43,591 bases of DNA from a virus (taxonomy: Duplodnaviria; Caudoviricetes): positions 1-43,591 of the IMG/VR virus record IMGVR_UViG_3300028588_000038. One strand, written 5' to 3'. Positions 24,049-33,624 of the stretch are shown one piece after another. The position numbers were made by a program, and so were the translations under genes. Every line of letters begins with the position of its first letter. Position 1 is the stretch's first letter. The notes under the pieces are model-generated. The model saw only the letters and a program-made list of their open reading frames with translations, did no database searches and was not told the origin of the DNA.

Positions 24049-24479
24049 AGTCTCCTTGATCTGTCTCCGGCATCAATAAAGGCGGCGACCATATTAGCTA
24101 TTGCCCACCAGTAGCATATTACCGCGACGGCAACCGGTTGACCAGTGACATCAGCTATTTGTGGTTGTGCACAATAGCAACCTGCAATTCCAACAAAAAG
24201 CCAATGTCGATTTTTCCAAATGTTTTCCCATCCAAGATTAAATGTAGCCTTGCCTAACCTTACACACGGCGGCGTCCAGTCGTTCACAAACAAATCTAGC
24301 CATAGCAGAACGCCAAGTATCCCAACTATCCAAATAATCAGACCGCCATCAGAGGTTCTGGACAATGCATGCAGAGTTGAAGTTGGATTTGACAGGGTGG
24401 TATACCAAGTAACTACTGCTTGGCCCCCAAGAAAGAATCGAACAAACGGCGACCAATGGTCTTGAAGTCTTCGCATCAC
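24024..24479 (-). CDS. Multi-pass membrane protein (lysis-associated)
   Basis: 3-4 hydrophobic segments; overlaps the holin start. Confidence 0.65.
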   Translation of the reverse strand: MMRRLQDHWSPFVRFFLGGQAVVTWYTTLSNPTSTLHALSRTSDGGLIIWIVGILGVLLWLDLFVNDWTPPCVRLGKATFNLGWENIWKNRHWLFVGIAGCYCAQPQIADVTGQPVAVAVICYWWAIANMVAAFIDAGDRSRRLWWHRKPS

Positions 24480-24865
24480 GGCATCCTATTTCGTAAGCTT
24501 GGTAGAAAGCCCTTAGAAAAGATGATGCAAGAGCAAAGCATTGCATATTCACAAAGCTTCACGAGGACACGGTACGGGCTTAACGGAGGGTGTCCGTCTA
24601 TATAGTACGCCATAACGTGCAAAGCGATCAGTACGGCAGCAATCTCAATAACAATTATGCTAGATCGAGTTTGCAGAAACACTGCGCCAACAATCACGCA
24701 TATCTCAGCCATGATGCAGTAGCCATAGAACTCAAAAGCCGAAGATCCTGGAATTGGTACGAATACGTTCGCACCAATTAAGATCGTCAGCGCTAGCATA
24801 CGCCAGTCGCGATAGTTGGCTATCAGGCCGGCACCAAGCAACACGACGTAGCTAGGAAAGAGCAT
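24476..24865 (-). CDS. Multi-pass membrane protein
   Basis: Almost entirely hydrophobic, 4-5 TM; starts 2 nt after the leader peptide stop. Confidence 0.7.
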   Translation of the reverse strand: MLFPSYVVLLGAGLIANYRDWRMLALTILIGANVFVPIPGSSAFEFYGYCIMAEICVIVGAVFLQTRSSIIVIEIAAVLIALHVMAYYIDGHPPLSPYRVLVKLCEYAMLCSCIIFSKGFLPSLRNRMP

Positions 24866-24867
24866 GG

Positions 24868-24981
24868 TTAAGGCTCGATAGGGGTTTGATCGTCGTCTTT
24901 GTTTGGCTCTTTGATTGGAGGTGGATCTTTTGGTGGCGGGTTGCCGTTGCCGGCGTCCGAGAACAGTTTGCGCTTCAGCAT
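24868..24981 (-). CDS. 37-aa polyproline peptide MLKRKLFSDAGNGNPPPKDPPPIKEPNKDDDQTPIEP
   Basis: TAGGAG RBS; follows a consensus promoter; absent from ORF track. Confidence 0.7.
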   Translation of the reverse strand: MLKRKLFSDAGNGNPPPKDPPPIKEPNKDDDQTPIEP

Positions 24982-25011
24982 GTTAGCTCCTAACAGGTTG
25001 GTGAGACTTGG

Positions 25012-25040
25012 ATTCTACGCAAGTGGTTTCTATTGGTCAA
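25012..25040 (-). promoter_or_regulatory. sigma70 promoter TTGACC-17-TAGAAT
   Basis: 5/6 matches at both hexamers with 17-nt spacing, starting right after the tail gene stop. Confidence 0.7.
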
Positions 25041-25544
25041 TTAGGCGTTGCCCCAAGTGATCGATCCTGTGAGCAGAGCTGTGGAAGCCGTAACACCATT
25101 GGCATCAGTTACTGTGCACTTCGCCCTGGCAGTAGCTGTACCGTTGGAATTGGCGTTAATTGTTCTTTCGAAGTTCAATGACGGGCCGTTGGTTTCTGAC
25201 TTCAGAGTCATGCCGTTAGTGACAGCTATCTCGCTCCATGAATAGGTTAAAGGACGGGCACCACCGGTGACAGCAACACTCAGATTTATCGACCCTGTCA
25301 TCTGGTTAGGCACGTTTCCATAGTTTAGATTTGAAGCAGATGGATACAGTGTCATTGGCTGCACCGGGGCCGCAGCACTCTTGCCATACAGATCAGACAG
25401 CGAGATCGGACCGCTCAGTTTTCCAGCCAATGCACGAACGTCAGAATCGCCAAGGCTAATCGGATACGCGCGCCCCGGTGTAGCAATGCGCAGCTCGTTC
25501 ATCACAAGTGTCAAGCTGATCGTGCCGGATGCTGGAAGCGTCAT
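25041..25544 (-). CDS. Putative fibre-tip adhesin/receptor-binding protein
   Basis: MTLPASGTISL...SGPISLSDLYGKS N-terminal motif typical of small proteins following S74-chaperoned fibres; Ig-like C-terminus. Confidence 0.65.
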   Translation of the reverse strand: MTLPASGTISLTLVMNELRIATPGRAYPISLGDSDVRALAGKLSGPISLSDLYGKSAAAPVQPMTLYPSASNLNYGNVPNQMTGSINLSVAVTGGARPLTYSWSEIAVTNGMTLKSETNGPSLNFERTINANSNGTATARAKCTVTDANGVTASTALLTGSITWGNA

Positions 25545-26764
25545 AGCAGACCTTTTTCTTTCATACGGCGCAGTTGAGCCTGCAGAATAGCGAAGTTCAA
25601 GCCGCCGTAATCTACGTGAAGCTTACCGCCGGTCTCGTACACCACCTCGGGGATAATCTTTTGGATGGCCTGGGCCGAACCGCCCGCAGAGCTGCCGCCG
25701 GCAACCCAGTCGAACACTCCGGCCTTCTCCATATCGGCAATGGCGTCGAGCTGTTCGTCTGTAATCTGGCGCCAGTTCGTTTTAAGCCGTTCGTCGGAGG
25801 TTTGCGTGATTTGCACGGTAGAGAACTGGCCGGTGTTTGTCAGGGTCGCCAATACCGTATTTTGTTCAGCGTTCCACCACCGTGTGCCGGGGGAAGCCCC
25901 AAAATAATTTAGCCAGTTATCCCCGCCGATATAAGCGATGTCGATCTCGCCACCACCAGTGTAGCGCATCCGTAAAGCACCGTTGTTGTTGAGAACGAAA
26001 GGCCCCGTCATTCGTCCGCCGGCTGTAGGCAACGCCCCTAGAGTGGCTAAAGCACCCGCCGCCGTTGTTGCGCCAGTGCCGCCATTTTCGATAGGGATGG
26101 TGTCCGAGGAAGCACGTACCCCCAAATTAGAACGCGCACCGGCTGCCGTGGTCGATCCTGTACCGCCGTTTGCAATCGGCATTGTTCCGACTGCGTCTCG
26201 AATCTGCTGCTGAGTGGGGGTGCCCCCTCCCTCGCCCTTATCCCCTCTGAACGAAAAGAACGCAATGAGCTGATCGTTTTGTGCAAAGACATCGCCGGAA
26301 GAACTGCTCGCGCGCACCGTGCCTGTGAAATTAAGGTAGCCCCCTAGCACGCCAATTACGCCCGTAGATACGTCAAAGATAATCCAGCGCGAAACGTCGT
26401 TAAGTGCTTGAAATCGGATGCTTCCTTTGATGTTGTTTGAGACCGCAAGAAGCGCAAGCATGACTGGATACACGTTCGCCCCAGCAGTACTGTAGGTGTT
26501 CATGCGTAAAACAGTCGAAGTTGTTTGTGTCGGTCCACCGAAAGCAATACGGCCTGATCCAGGATCCATATCCCCCGAAGGAACCGACAGACCGTATGCA
26601 AAAGAATTAGCCCCGCCTGCCGACAGAACGCCCAAATCACTTTGAAACGCTGCCAGTTGCGGGATCAGCTGAACTAGCCAAGTCAGAAAAGCATCGACTC
26701 GTTGCGAGAAAGTGGCACGGTCGCCCCGTTGCGGAGCCGGAGGTGGCGGAGTAAAAGCGGGCAT
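25541..26764 (-). CDS. Tail fibre with C-terminal intramolecular chaperone (peptidase S74-like)
   Basis: PIANGGTGSTTAAGARSNLG repeats; TSDERLKTN cleavage motif; AQAIQKIIPEVV...VDYG. Confidence 0.85.
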   Translation of the reverse strand: MPAFTPPPPAPQRGDRATFSQRVDAFLTWLVQLIPQLAAFQSDLGVLSAGGANSFAYGLSVPSGDMDPGSGRIAFGGPTQTTSTVLRMNTYSTAGANVYPVMLALLAVSNNIKGSIRFQALNDVSRWIIFDVSTGVIGVLGGYLNFTGTVRASSSSGDVFAQNDQLIAFFSFRGDKGEGGGTPTQQQIRDAVGTMPIANGGTGSTTAAGARSNLGVRASSDTIPIENGGTGATTAAGALATLGALPTAGGRMTGPFVLNNNGALRMRYTGGGEIDIAYIGGDNWLNYFGASPGTRWWNAEQNTVLATLTNTGQFSTVQITQTSDERLKTNWRQITDEQLDAIADMEKAGVFDWVAGGSSAGGSAQAIQKIIPEVVYETGGKLHVDYGGLNFAILQAQLRRMKEKGLL

Positions 26765-27720
26765 CAGATTAATCCTTTAACAGTTGCATTCAAAGTAGGG
26801 CTGCCGTAGTCGTCGTACTGTAGGCGGGCGCTGAGCAAGCCAAACACCGTAAGAGCCTCGTAGCCCGGCTCCGTGCTGCCTACGACCACTACCGGGACGT
26901 CAAGAAGTTCCTGAACTGTGCCCAATACGGTATTGGCATCTTCGAGATCCATTTTTGCTTGGATCGCCAAACCAGTCGCACTACTGCGTTTTCGAATAGT
27001 AGTATTTCCGAAAGCGTCCGTTGAAACGTAACTATAGCTAACTGGCTCTACACTCGCACCACGTAATGGTGCGCCTAGCGGGCGCAAATCTCCGAGGGCG
27101 ATCATCCCAACCAAGGCATTTCCGCTCGCCTTGCTCAACGTAATTCTGATCTCCGAAGTGCTATAGGGCTCGATGTCGGTGGCGATAAATTTGGTCTGAG
27201 GCTTGAACGGATCGAAGAAATATTCGTAGTAGTCAGCCGGCATTGATCCCTCAAGCGGCGCTGAGTATGTATAGATCGTTTCGCCGGTCGAAGTGTTCAC
27301 CACCAGAATATCCAGATCGTCTGCGTCCAAGCCAAATATAGCTAGGCCGTTGAACGCACCAGGGCGTAGCGTAACCACCAGTGGCCCAGGAGCCGCAGTC
27401 TGCGTTGAAATCAGCGCGTCGAACATCGAATAGCGGTTGGTCGGCCCGATATCGATCCACCAAGTGGTCACGCCGGCGGCGTTGAATTGATTCGACACGT
27501 CGGTCGGATCTTTGTTGAAATTGCCGTCCTTGACGCTCTCGTACACTCGGTGCGTTGAAGCCGCATACACTCGCCCCCCCGCTTCGTATGTCGTAGCGCC
27601 ATTCCATTGCGGATTCGGATCTTCCGGAACAGGCTGGCCGTTTGCCGTCACCGATACGATCATCGAATCGGTTATCGTGATCGGTGCTAGAACGCTAGCA
27701 ATGTCGTCTGACTCAATCAT
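26764..27720 (-). CDS. Tail tip/distal tail protein with CBM5/12-like motif
   Basis: Directly after the tape measure; WNGATTYEAGGRV; GPTNRYSMFD; YSYVSTDAFGN. Confidence 0.7.
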   Translation of the reverse strand: MIESDDIASVLAPITITDSMIVSVTANGQPVPEDPNPQWNGATTYEAGGRVYAASTHRVYESVKDGNFNKDPTDVSNQFNAAGVTTWWIDIGPTNRYSMFDALISTQTAAPGPLVVTLRPGAFNGLAIFGLDADDLDILVVNTSTGETIYTYSAPLEGSMPADYYEYFFDPFKPQTKFIATDIEPYSTSEIRITLSKASGNALVGMIALGDLRPLGAPLRGASVEPVSYSYVSTDAFGNTTIRKRSSATGLAIQAKMDLEDANTVLGTVQELLDVPVVVVGSTEPGYEALTVFGLLSARLQYDDYGSPTLNATVKGLI

Positions 27721-30700
27721 GCAGTTTCCACCAAGAGAGCATTGCCGCCACCTGAGGCTTGATCGAACTGAGTGGCCAACTGAGTGACGGCATTAGCAGT
27801 GCGGTTCATTGCTACTTCCATATTTGCAAATCGGTCGTTGATTGCGGTTTGCTGAGCCATTGCCGCAGCACTGCCACCCATTGTACCGTACTGTTGCGGC
27901 ATGCTAACAACTGGAACAGATGGTTGAGCCAAATTCGGATTTGGATTAGCAACGCTGGTAGGCAGCCCAACGCTTGTGCCTGGCGGTGCGTAGCGGAGTG
28001 CGTCGAGCGCCTCTTCCACGCGCCGTACAGCTTCGGCCACCGAATACACGCGGTCATCAACACCGGTCAGTGCATTAAGCTGTTGCTGCTGGAAACTCAC
28101 CAGAGAATCGAGGCGCAGCAATTCATTTTCGGACGACGTGCGAGCCTGTTCCTTTTGATCTTGCAGTGCGCGTAATTGACGCTCAGCCACGCTCAATTGA
28201 TCGTCGGTCAACCCACCAAGTTCAATAAGTTGGTTATTGGTGCGCGCCACCTCGCGCTGATAGTCGGCCAGAGTGGAGAACTGATCCGATGCATCGCGGC
28301 CAAGAGACGACAGAGCATCGCGCAGATCGTCCGTAGAAGGCAAGACGCCGCTGGCTTTAGCGATAGCTAAGGCAGTGGCGATTTGCGCTTGTGCGGCCTG
28401 TCGTGCAGCGTATGCCTGAGTAGGTGACGAGACAGTGCCGATTGCGCCCTTCAGTGACTCCGACAGATCACGAGTGCGCGAGATCGAATCGTTGACGCCA
28501 TCAATCTGGACTTCAAGCTCAGTCATCGCAGACTGGTACGCTTTCGTTACGATGTCCTTCTGTGCATCCACAGCGCGGCTCAGCGAATCAAGGCGAGTCG
28601 ATGCAAATTCCTTCGATGCCTCTTTGATTTCATTCAGATAGTCGGTAACGGTCTTGAAGCCTGGAGCAAGCGCCATCAACGCCGAATACGTCTTTGCTCC
28701 CTCTTCAGTAGCTAAAGAACCGGAAGCAATCAGCTGGTTCACAGCCAGTTTGAATTGGTCGCCAGTTTTGACACCGGCGTAGCCAAGTGCTGCAAGCTGG
28801 TCATTTACCATACGCTGGATAGGCGCAACTTGCTCCGCACGGCTCAGGAAGTTATTCACGTAAAACTGAGACTGAGAGGCGAATGAATCAATTCCGCCAG
28901 CCAGCGCAACAAGCCGTTCACGCGCTTCGAGACTCGCTACTCCAACGGCACGGAATGCTTGCTCACTGTTCGTGCCTAAAGCAGCCAGGACAGCATCTAC
29001 AGCCTGGAAGCTAACAACTACTCGCTGCAATGCGACCGCTGCCGTTTCGCCTGATTGCTGGAACTGCGCAATGTTCGGCAGCAGACGAACCGCGAGTTCA
29101 TCGCCGATGCCTGCGAACAGGTCAGCGACCATCTTCTCGTTCTCTTCAGCGTTTTCAGTCCACTTCAGCTGAATGTTCTTGCTGTAGCCTTCGATAGCAC
29201 CAGTCTGCACCCCAAGCACATCTCCAAAGGCTTTCACCGAACCCATCATGGCCTGGATCGTGCCCGAGAAATACTGCTGCTGCTCCTTCTCTAGCGCTGC
29301 GGTTTGGGTAGACCATTTGTCACTACGGAACCAGCCGCCCTTTTCCAAGATGTAGGCATAGCTGTTGCCAGAGAAGCCCGAGCCGCTCAGAGTTCCTTGC
29401 AAGCCCTGCTCTTTCACTTCTGGAGCCTTGCGGCCAAAAGCGCGAGCAAAGACAGCCGATCCAGACAGCAGCGATGCAAAGCGATTGTTCACGCCAAGAC
29501 CGCCAAGCAGCTTTTCAAACGAAGCCATGCTTGCCGTCATGATCGCAGTGATGGGCGCAAAGCCGTTACCCTTAAACATGCTGCTTAGCTGCGACTTGAT
29601 GATGTCGCCTGCCTGGCCTTCCAACCTCCAGCCCTGCGCATAGAACTTATCGTTCGCCATCATGCCGGCAACGATTGCACCAGCAATGCCGCCCGCGCTA
29701 GCAGACGACGAAATGCCGCTGCCGAATGATTGCACCGCCCTGCTTCCGAAGGTCGAGCCGAGCTTGCTGATAGCGCCACCGAGGCTGGTAGAAATGCCCT
29801 GGCTAAAGCCCTTAAAGATGTTCATGCCGGCATCGAACAGGCCGGAGAAGCCCTTTTGTTGGAACGTGTCAAGCAGGGATGCACCGCCCGCAGAGGTAGA
29901 ACTCTGAATGTTGATGATCCACTTCTTCAAGGTTTGCTGATAAAGCCAATCGAAGAACGTATTCTTCGCAGTTTCCTTCAGGCGCCGGAATGCATTCTTG
30001 CCGCCATCAGCGATGGAGACGAAAGTATCGTGCGCGGTCTTCTCGATGTCTTCCCAGAAACGCTTGGTCTGTTCCAATTCCTCGCGGTCAGCCACGGCCT
30101 TAGCGCTGCGCTCTTTCAGGGCGATTAGCGTTTCAAGATGCTTGATCTCGGTGACATTAAGATTGTTAGAGTCCTTTTGAGCAAGCTGCTCACGAAGTCG
30201 GGCCAACTCTACGCGCTCGATTTCGGCAGCAGTCATGCCAAAGGTACGCGCCAGCTCCTCGTTCTTCTCGGCTTCATCAGTCGCGCTCTTGATTTGCTGC
30301 TCACGCTCCTTGTCCAAAGTCTGCTGAGCATCAATCAGACCTTCCATATACTTATCGTATTCTTTGCGCTGATTGGCAAGCTCTTGATTCGCTTCGATCT
30401 CTGCGTACTTACCACGCAAATATGCTTCTTCGATAGGAGTAAAGGCTTTTCGATTGGCCGCAATACGCGCATCCAATTCCGCAATCAGCTTTTGGGCTTC
30501 GGTCAACGGAGCTAGGCCAGCAGCTTCCCGCGCAGTCTCAGCCACACGTTTATCAGCTGCGACCTTTAGGTCGTTGTAAGCCTTCAAGCGCGCCTCAGAG
30601 GCCTTCTTTTCTTCTTCGCTGAGTGCTTTGCCACCTTTGCTAGCAGCAGCCAGGGCAGCAGCCATTTCGCCGCCTGCGTCATTCCACACTTCCGATACCG

Positions 30701-31736
30701 AATTGAAAGCGGCTGCTGCGTCGCTAGCAATGCCGCCGTAGACATCAGTGAAAGTCTGTCCGGTTTGTTTTGTGTTGCGTACAGCCTCATTCCATGCGCC
30801 CGTGAAGTCACCAGCGATGACAAGCTTGATCTGTTTGATGAACGAGGTGAAGCCGTTATTGAGCAAGGACAGCATGCCGCCGAACATCTTGCCTAGAGTA
30901 TTAAATGCCTGCCACACGGCCACCCCGGCCGTGTACAAGACTTTCATTGCAATGGAAATAGTGTTAGCAGTCTTGCGGACGCCATCACCCTTCACGATGA
31001 ATTCCAGGAACTGGCCGACGAGAGAGTTCAGAGTTGGCAGCAACTCTTTTGCAACTTGCCGCGCAACGCCCTGCGAAGCCAAGCCGAGGAAATCGAGCGT
31101 GTCGTTGAAGTTACCAGCAGCATCTACGGTATTTTGATCGAACGTCAGGCCGAGCTTATCGGCCATCTCGTTCATTTGACGCAGCCCTTCAGAGCCGCTA
31201 TTGAGAATAGGAAGAAGAACAGCCCCAGATTTTCCAAACAGCTCAAGCGCCTTTGCAGTCTTGGCCGTGCTGTTCTCCATCTTGGAGAAAGCATCGCCAG
31301 AATCCAGAAGAACTTGGACGTTGCTACGTAGAGTCCCATCCGCGTTACGGGTTGCGACACCGATGCTCTTAAATGCTTTCTCGCCTTCGACGATCTGCTT
31401 TGACAGCTTAATCATCGATGACTCAAATTCTCCAGCCTCAGCCCCGCCTATCTGGAACCATAGCTGAAGACCCGCGATTTCTTCGATTGCTACGCCTGTT
31501 CTTTGTGATAGGTCGCTTACAACGTCTGTGGCGTCGATTGCACTTTTGATCCATCCAGCAAAAGCGCCAACCGCGAGACCAGCAGCCAGGCCAGCAAATG
31601 CCGCACCGGCCTTCTTGACCATATCGGTAATGCGATTCATCGCGCCGCCAACCTGCTGGCGGGCACGATCTAAGTCTTGCTGGAGCCGCGCAATGTCAGC
31701 CCGTAACCGAATTTCAATGTCGCTTACGACTGCCAT
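27717..31736 (-). CDS. Tape measure protein
   Basis: 1339-aa helical Ala-rich protein after the tail chaperones; ALELFGKSGAVLLPILN motif. Confidence 0.92.
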   Translation of the reverse strand: MAVVSDIEIRLRADIARLQQDLDRARQQVGGAMNRITDMVKKAGAAFAGLAAGLAVGAFAGWIKSAIDATDVVSDLSQRTGVAIEEIAGLQLWFQIGGAEAGEFESSMIKLSKQIVEGEKAFKSIGVATRNADGTLRSNVQVLLDSGDAFSKMENSTAKTAKALELFGKSGAVLLPILNSGSEGLRQMNEMADKLGLTFDQNTVDAAGNFNDTLDFLGLASQGVARQVAKELLPTLNSLVGQFLEFIVKGDGVRKTANTISIAMKVLYTAGVAVWQAFNTLGKMFGGMLSLLNNGFTSFIKQIKLVIAGDFTGAWNEAVRNTKQTGQTFTDVYGGIASDAAAAFNSVSEVWNDAGGEMAAALAAASKGGKALSEEEKKASEARLKAYNDLKVAADKRVAETAREAAGLAPLTEAQKLIAELDARIAANRKAFTPIEEAYLRGKYAEIEANQELANQRKEYDKYMEGLIDAQQTLDKEREQQIKSATDEAEKNEELARTFGMTAAEIERVELARLREQLAQKDSNNLNVTEIKHLETLIALKERSAKAVADREELEQTKRFWEDIEKTAHDTFVSIADGGKNAFRRLKETAKNTFFDWLYQQTLKKWIINIQSSTSAGGASLLDTFQQKGFSGLFDAGMNIFKGFSQGISTSLGGAISKLGSTFGSRAVQSFGSGISSSASAGGIAGAIVAGMMANDKFYAQGWRLEGQAGDIIKSQLSSMFKGNGFAPITAIMTASMASFEKLLGGLGVNNRFASLLSGSAVFARAFGRKAPEVKEQGLQGTLSGSGFSGNSYAYILEKGGWFRSDKWSTQTAALEKEQQQYFSGTIQAMMGSVKAFGDVLGVQTGAIEGYSKNIQLKWTENAEENEKMVADLFAGIGDELAVRLLPNIAQFQQSGETAAVALQRVVVSFQAVDAVLAALGTNSEQAFRAVGVASLEARERLVALAGGIDSFASQSQFYVNNFLSRAEQVAPIQRMVNDQLAALGYAGVKTGDQFKLAVNQLIASGSLATEEGAKTYSALMALAPGFKTVTDYLNEIKEASKEFASTRLDSLSRAVDAQKDIVTKAYQSAMTELEVQIDGVNDSISRTRDLSESLKGAIGTVSSPTQAYAARQAAQAQIATALAIAKASGVLPSTDDLRDALSSLGRDASDQFSTLADYQREVARTNNQLIELGGLTDDQLSVAERQLRALQDQKEQARTSSENELLRLDSLVSFQQQQLNALTGVDDRVYSVAEAVRRVEEALDALRYAPPGTSVGLPTSVANPNPNLAQPSVPVVSMPQQYGTMGGSAAAMAQQTAINDRFANMEVAMNRTANAVTQLATQFDQASGGGNALLVETA

Positions 31737-32196
31737 TGCGCTTTTCCTTTTCTTCTAAACGATCCCAAGACTTTTCAGCCTGCATGTTGCGGGCTTTCTG
31801 CCACATCAGAGAGCCATCCTCCCATGGGCATTGCGCGTCGGCTTCACGCGCTGCATGCATTTCGGACAGCCACGCTTTAGAGCATTCGATAATCAGATCC
31901 GCTTGCCAAGGAAGCAAACAGATATCTCTGCGCGCCTCCCAAGCCTGTAAATCACGTTCTGTTACCCAAGCCTCACCAATTACGGGGCCGACTGCAAAAA
32001 GCACATTGACTACGTGCTGTACTTCTTCGATCTCCGGCGCAGGAACGTATCCTAGCGCCCTCTCAATCGTCTCCCTCCGTGGTGCGCCTGCCCACGGCTT
32101 GGGATTCTTCTCGGCCTTCTCAGGCGTGGAATTTAGCCATGCGACGTAGCGGACATATTCGACACATCGCCTGGCGATTCCACGCTGAAGTTTCCC
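31714..32196 (-). CDS. Tail assembly chaperone C-terminal extension (gpGT-like) reached by -1 frameshift
   Basis: The -1 frame is open from GGGAAAC (32190-32196) to the stop at 31714. Confidence 0.8.
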   Translation of the reverse strand, partial: GKLQRGIARRCVEYVRYVAWLNSTPEKAEKNPKPWAGAPRRETIERALGYVPAPEIEEVQHVVNVLFAVGPVIGEAWVTERDLQAWEARRDICLLPWQADLIIECSKAWLSEMHAAREADAQCPWEDGSLMWQKARNMQAEKSWDRLEEKEKRNGSRKRH

Positions 32197-32567
32197 CGGT
32201 CGTTGAAGTACTTTTCAACGCCGTCAGCAATGTGACCAAGCTTCAGATTCTTGTACAACTCGACCGGGCCACCAGCATAGCTGAAGCCGTCAAGCGATTC
32301 GGTGATCTCGGCGAGGAATCCCGCACGTTCGCGTACTTCATCATCTTCGGTACGCTTGGAGTTTTTGCCAGCCATTTGACCGACTACACGCGCGCTGCGG
32401 GCTTCATCGCGCTTGAACTGTGCGCGAGTAGCTTTCTTCGTGCCAGGGCTGGTAACGGTGATCGTGATCGGATTGCCTTTGGTGTCGTACTGCGGATCAC
32501 CCTTGGCATTGGTAACGTGGTATTTGCCGGAGTCGGCGATTTCAAGCGAGGTGATATCAAAAGTCAT
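32133..32567 (-). CDS. Tail assembly chaperone (gpG-like)
   Basis: Between tail tube and tape measure; ends ...DRGNF at the slippery site. Confidence 0.8.
   Translation of the reverse strand: MTFDITSLEIADSGKYHVTNAKGDPQYDTKGNPITITVTSPGTKKATRAQFKRDEARSARVVGQMAGKNSKRTEDDEVRERAGFLAEITESLDGFSYAGGPVELYKNLKLGHIADGVEKYFNDRGNFSVESPGDVSNMSATSHG
32190..32196 (-). other. Programmed -1 frameshift slippery heptamer G GGA AAC
   Basis: In-phase XXXYYYZ in codons CGG GGA AAC. Confidence 0.8.
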
Positions 32568-32668
32568 TTCTAGTCCTTGAGAGGGATTTAGCCCGTGCCG
32601 CGCGGGCGCTCCCTCCCAAGGAATGACGCCCGCGCAGTCGGTGCTCGGTTATGCCCTTGCGGGCTTGA

Positions 32669-33148
32669 TTAGGCTACCGTTGGGATAACGGGAGTGGTAG
32701 CCTTGAAAGCTTCAGTCTGCAACAGCAGAGGCATGGTGTAGGTCAGGTTATCGTTACTGCCGCCGCCTGGCTCGGACAGGTTCATGATCTGCGCGGTGAA
32801 GTACAGAACAGCACCCGATTGACGCACAACCGCGAACGAGCAGATAGTTCGATTGCGCATAGCCTCTTCTGCGATCAGGTAGGCTGGGTCATCGTCTTCA
32901 GCGACAAATCCCCACTCCGAATCCGGCAACTGATAGTTACCAAGCTTGCGGCGCACCTGACCCTGGCTCACAACGTCCAGTTCCGAAGTGTTATACGCAC
33001 GGCCCTGGATCGAACCGACTTGGGTAATCGTGAACTCTTCCCAGCCGGTCATCGTCTCAAAAGCCGCTTCCGTGTTATCGGTCGGACGGCCCTCAGCGAT
33101 GAACAGCCGAGAATCGGCATAAGTTTCAAAGTCTGCTGGGAATGGCAT
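32669..33148 (-). CDS. Major tail (tube) protein
   Basis: Position after the tail terminator; 159-aa acidic beta-rich; YFTAQIM motif; AGGAG RBS. Confidence 0.75.
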   Translation of the reverse strand: MPFPADFETYADSRLFIAEGRPTDNTEAAFETMTGWEEFTITQVGSIQGRAYNTSELDVVSQGQVRRKLGNYQLPDSEWGFVAEDDDPAYLIAEEAMRNRTICSFAVVRQSGAVLYFTAQIMNLSEPGGGSNDNLTYTMPLLLQTEAFKATTPVIPTVA

Positions 33149-33213
33149 TTTTTTCTCCTAAATAAAGCCCGCGCGCGGAATGCGATACGGGCGGGCTGAA
33201 GCATTCCGATATT

Positions 33214-33624
33214 CTAGTTTGCTTCGATGAAAGTTACCATAAAATCACGCGATTGCTCGTATATTTTGTCATCACCGGGTGGAATCTCGGGATTCTCGCC
33301 TTCGGGCAATACGCTATTTACTTGGAATCCAACTATCGTGCCTTTGTGTACTCCTCGACCGAGCGAGCAGGCTTTTAGTAGGTTCTTCATCTGCGGATAA
33401 TTGCTCTGCGTATAAACAGTAACCTGAACACGCTCACGGTTCTGCTTTTTAGGATTTAGACGCGCTACCGTCGAAAATTCCTCTGCATATACCGTGCTCA
33501 CGCTAATCGCAGGAAGCTGTGTGCCTTGCGGCGCGATCCCTGCGAATATGCGAGCATTCGGCACGATATCCGTCACTGGCTTATGCGCAGCGAGAAGCGC
33601 GCGGACAATGGCTACTCCACTCAT
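33214..33624 (-). CDS. Tail terminator/completion protein (DUF3168-like)
   Basis: ARIFAGIAPQGTQLPAISV...RVQVTVY...SRDFMVTF. Confidence 0.8.
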   Translation of the reverse strand: MSGVAIVRALLAAHKPVTDIVPNARIFAGIAPQGTQLPAISVSTVYAEEFSTVARLNPKKQNRERVQVTVYTQSNYPQMKNLLKACSLGRGVHKGTIVGFQVNSVLPEGENPEIPPGDDKIYEQSRDFMVTFIEAN

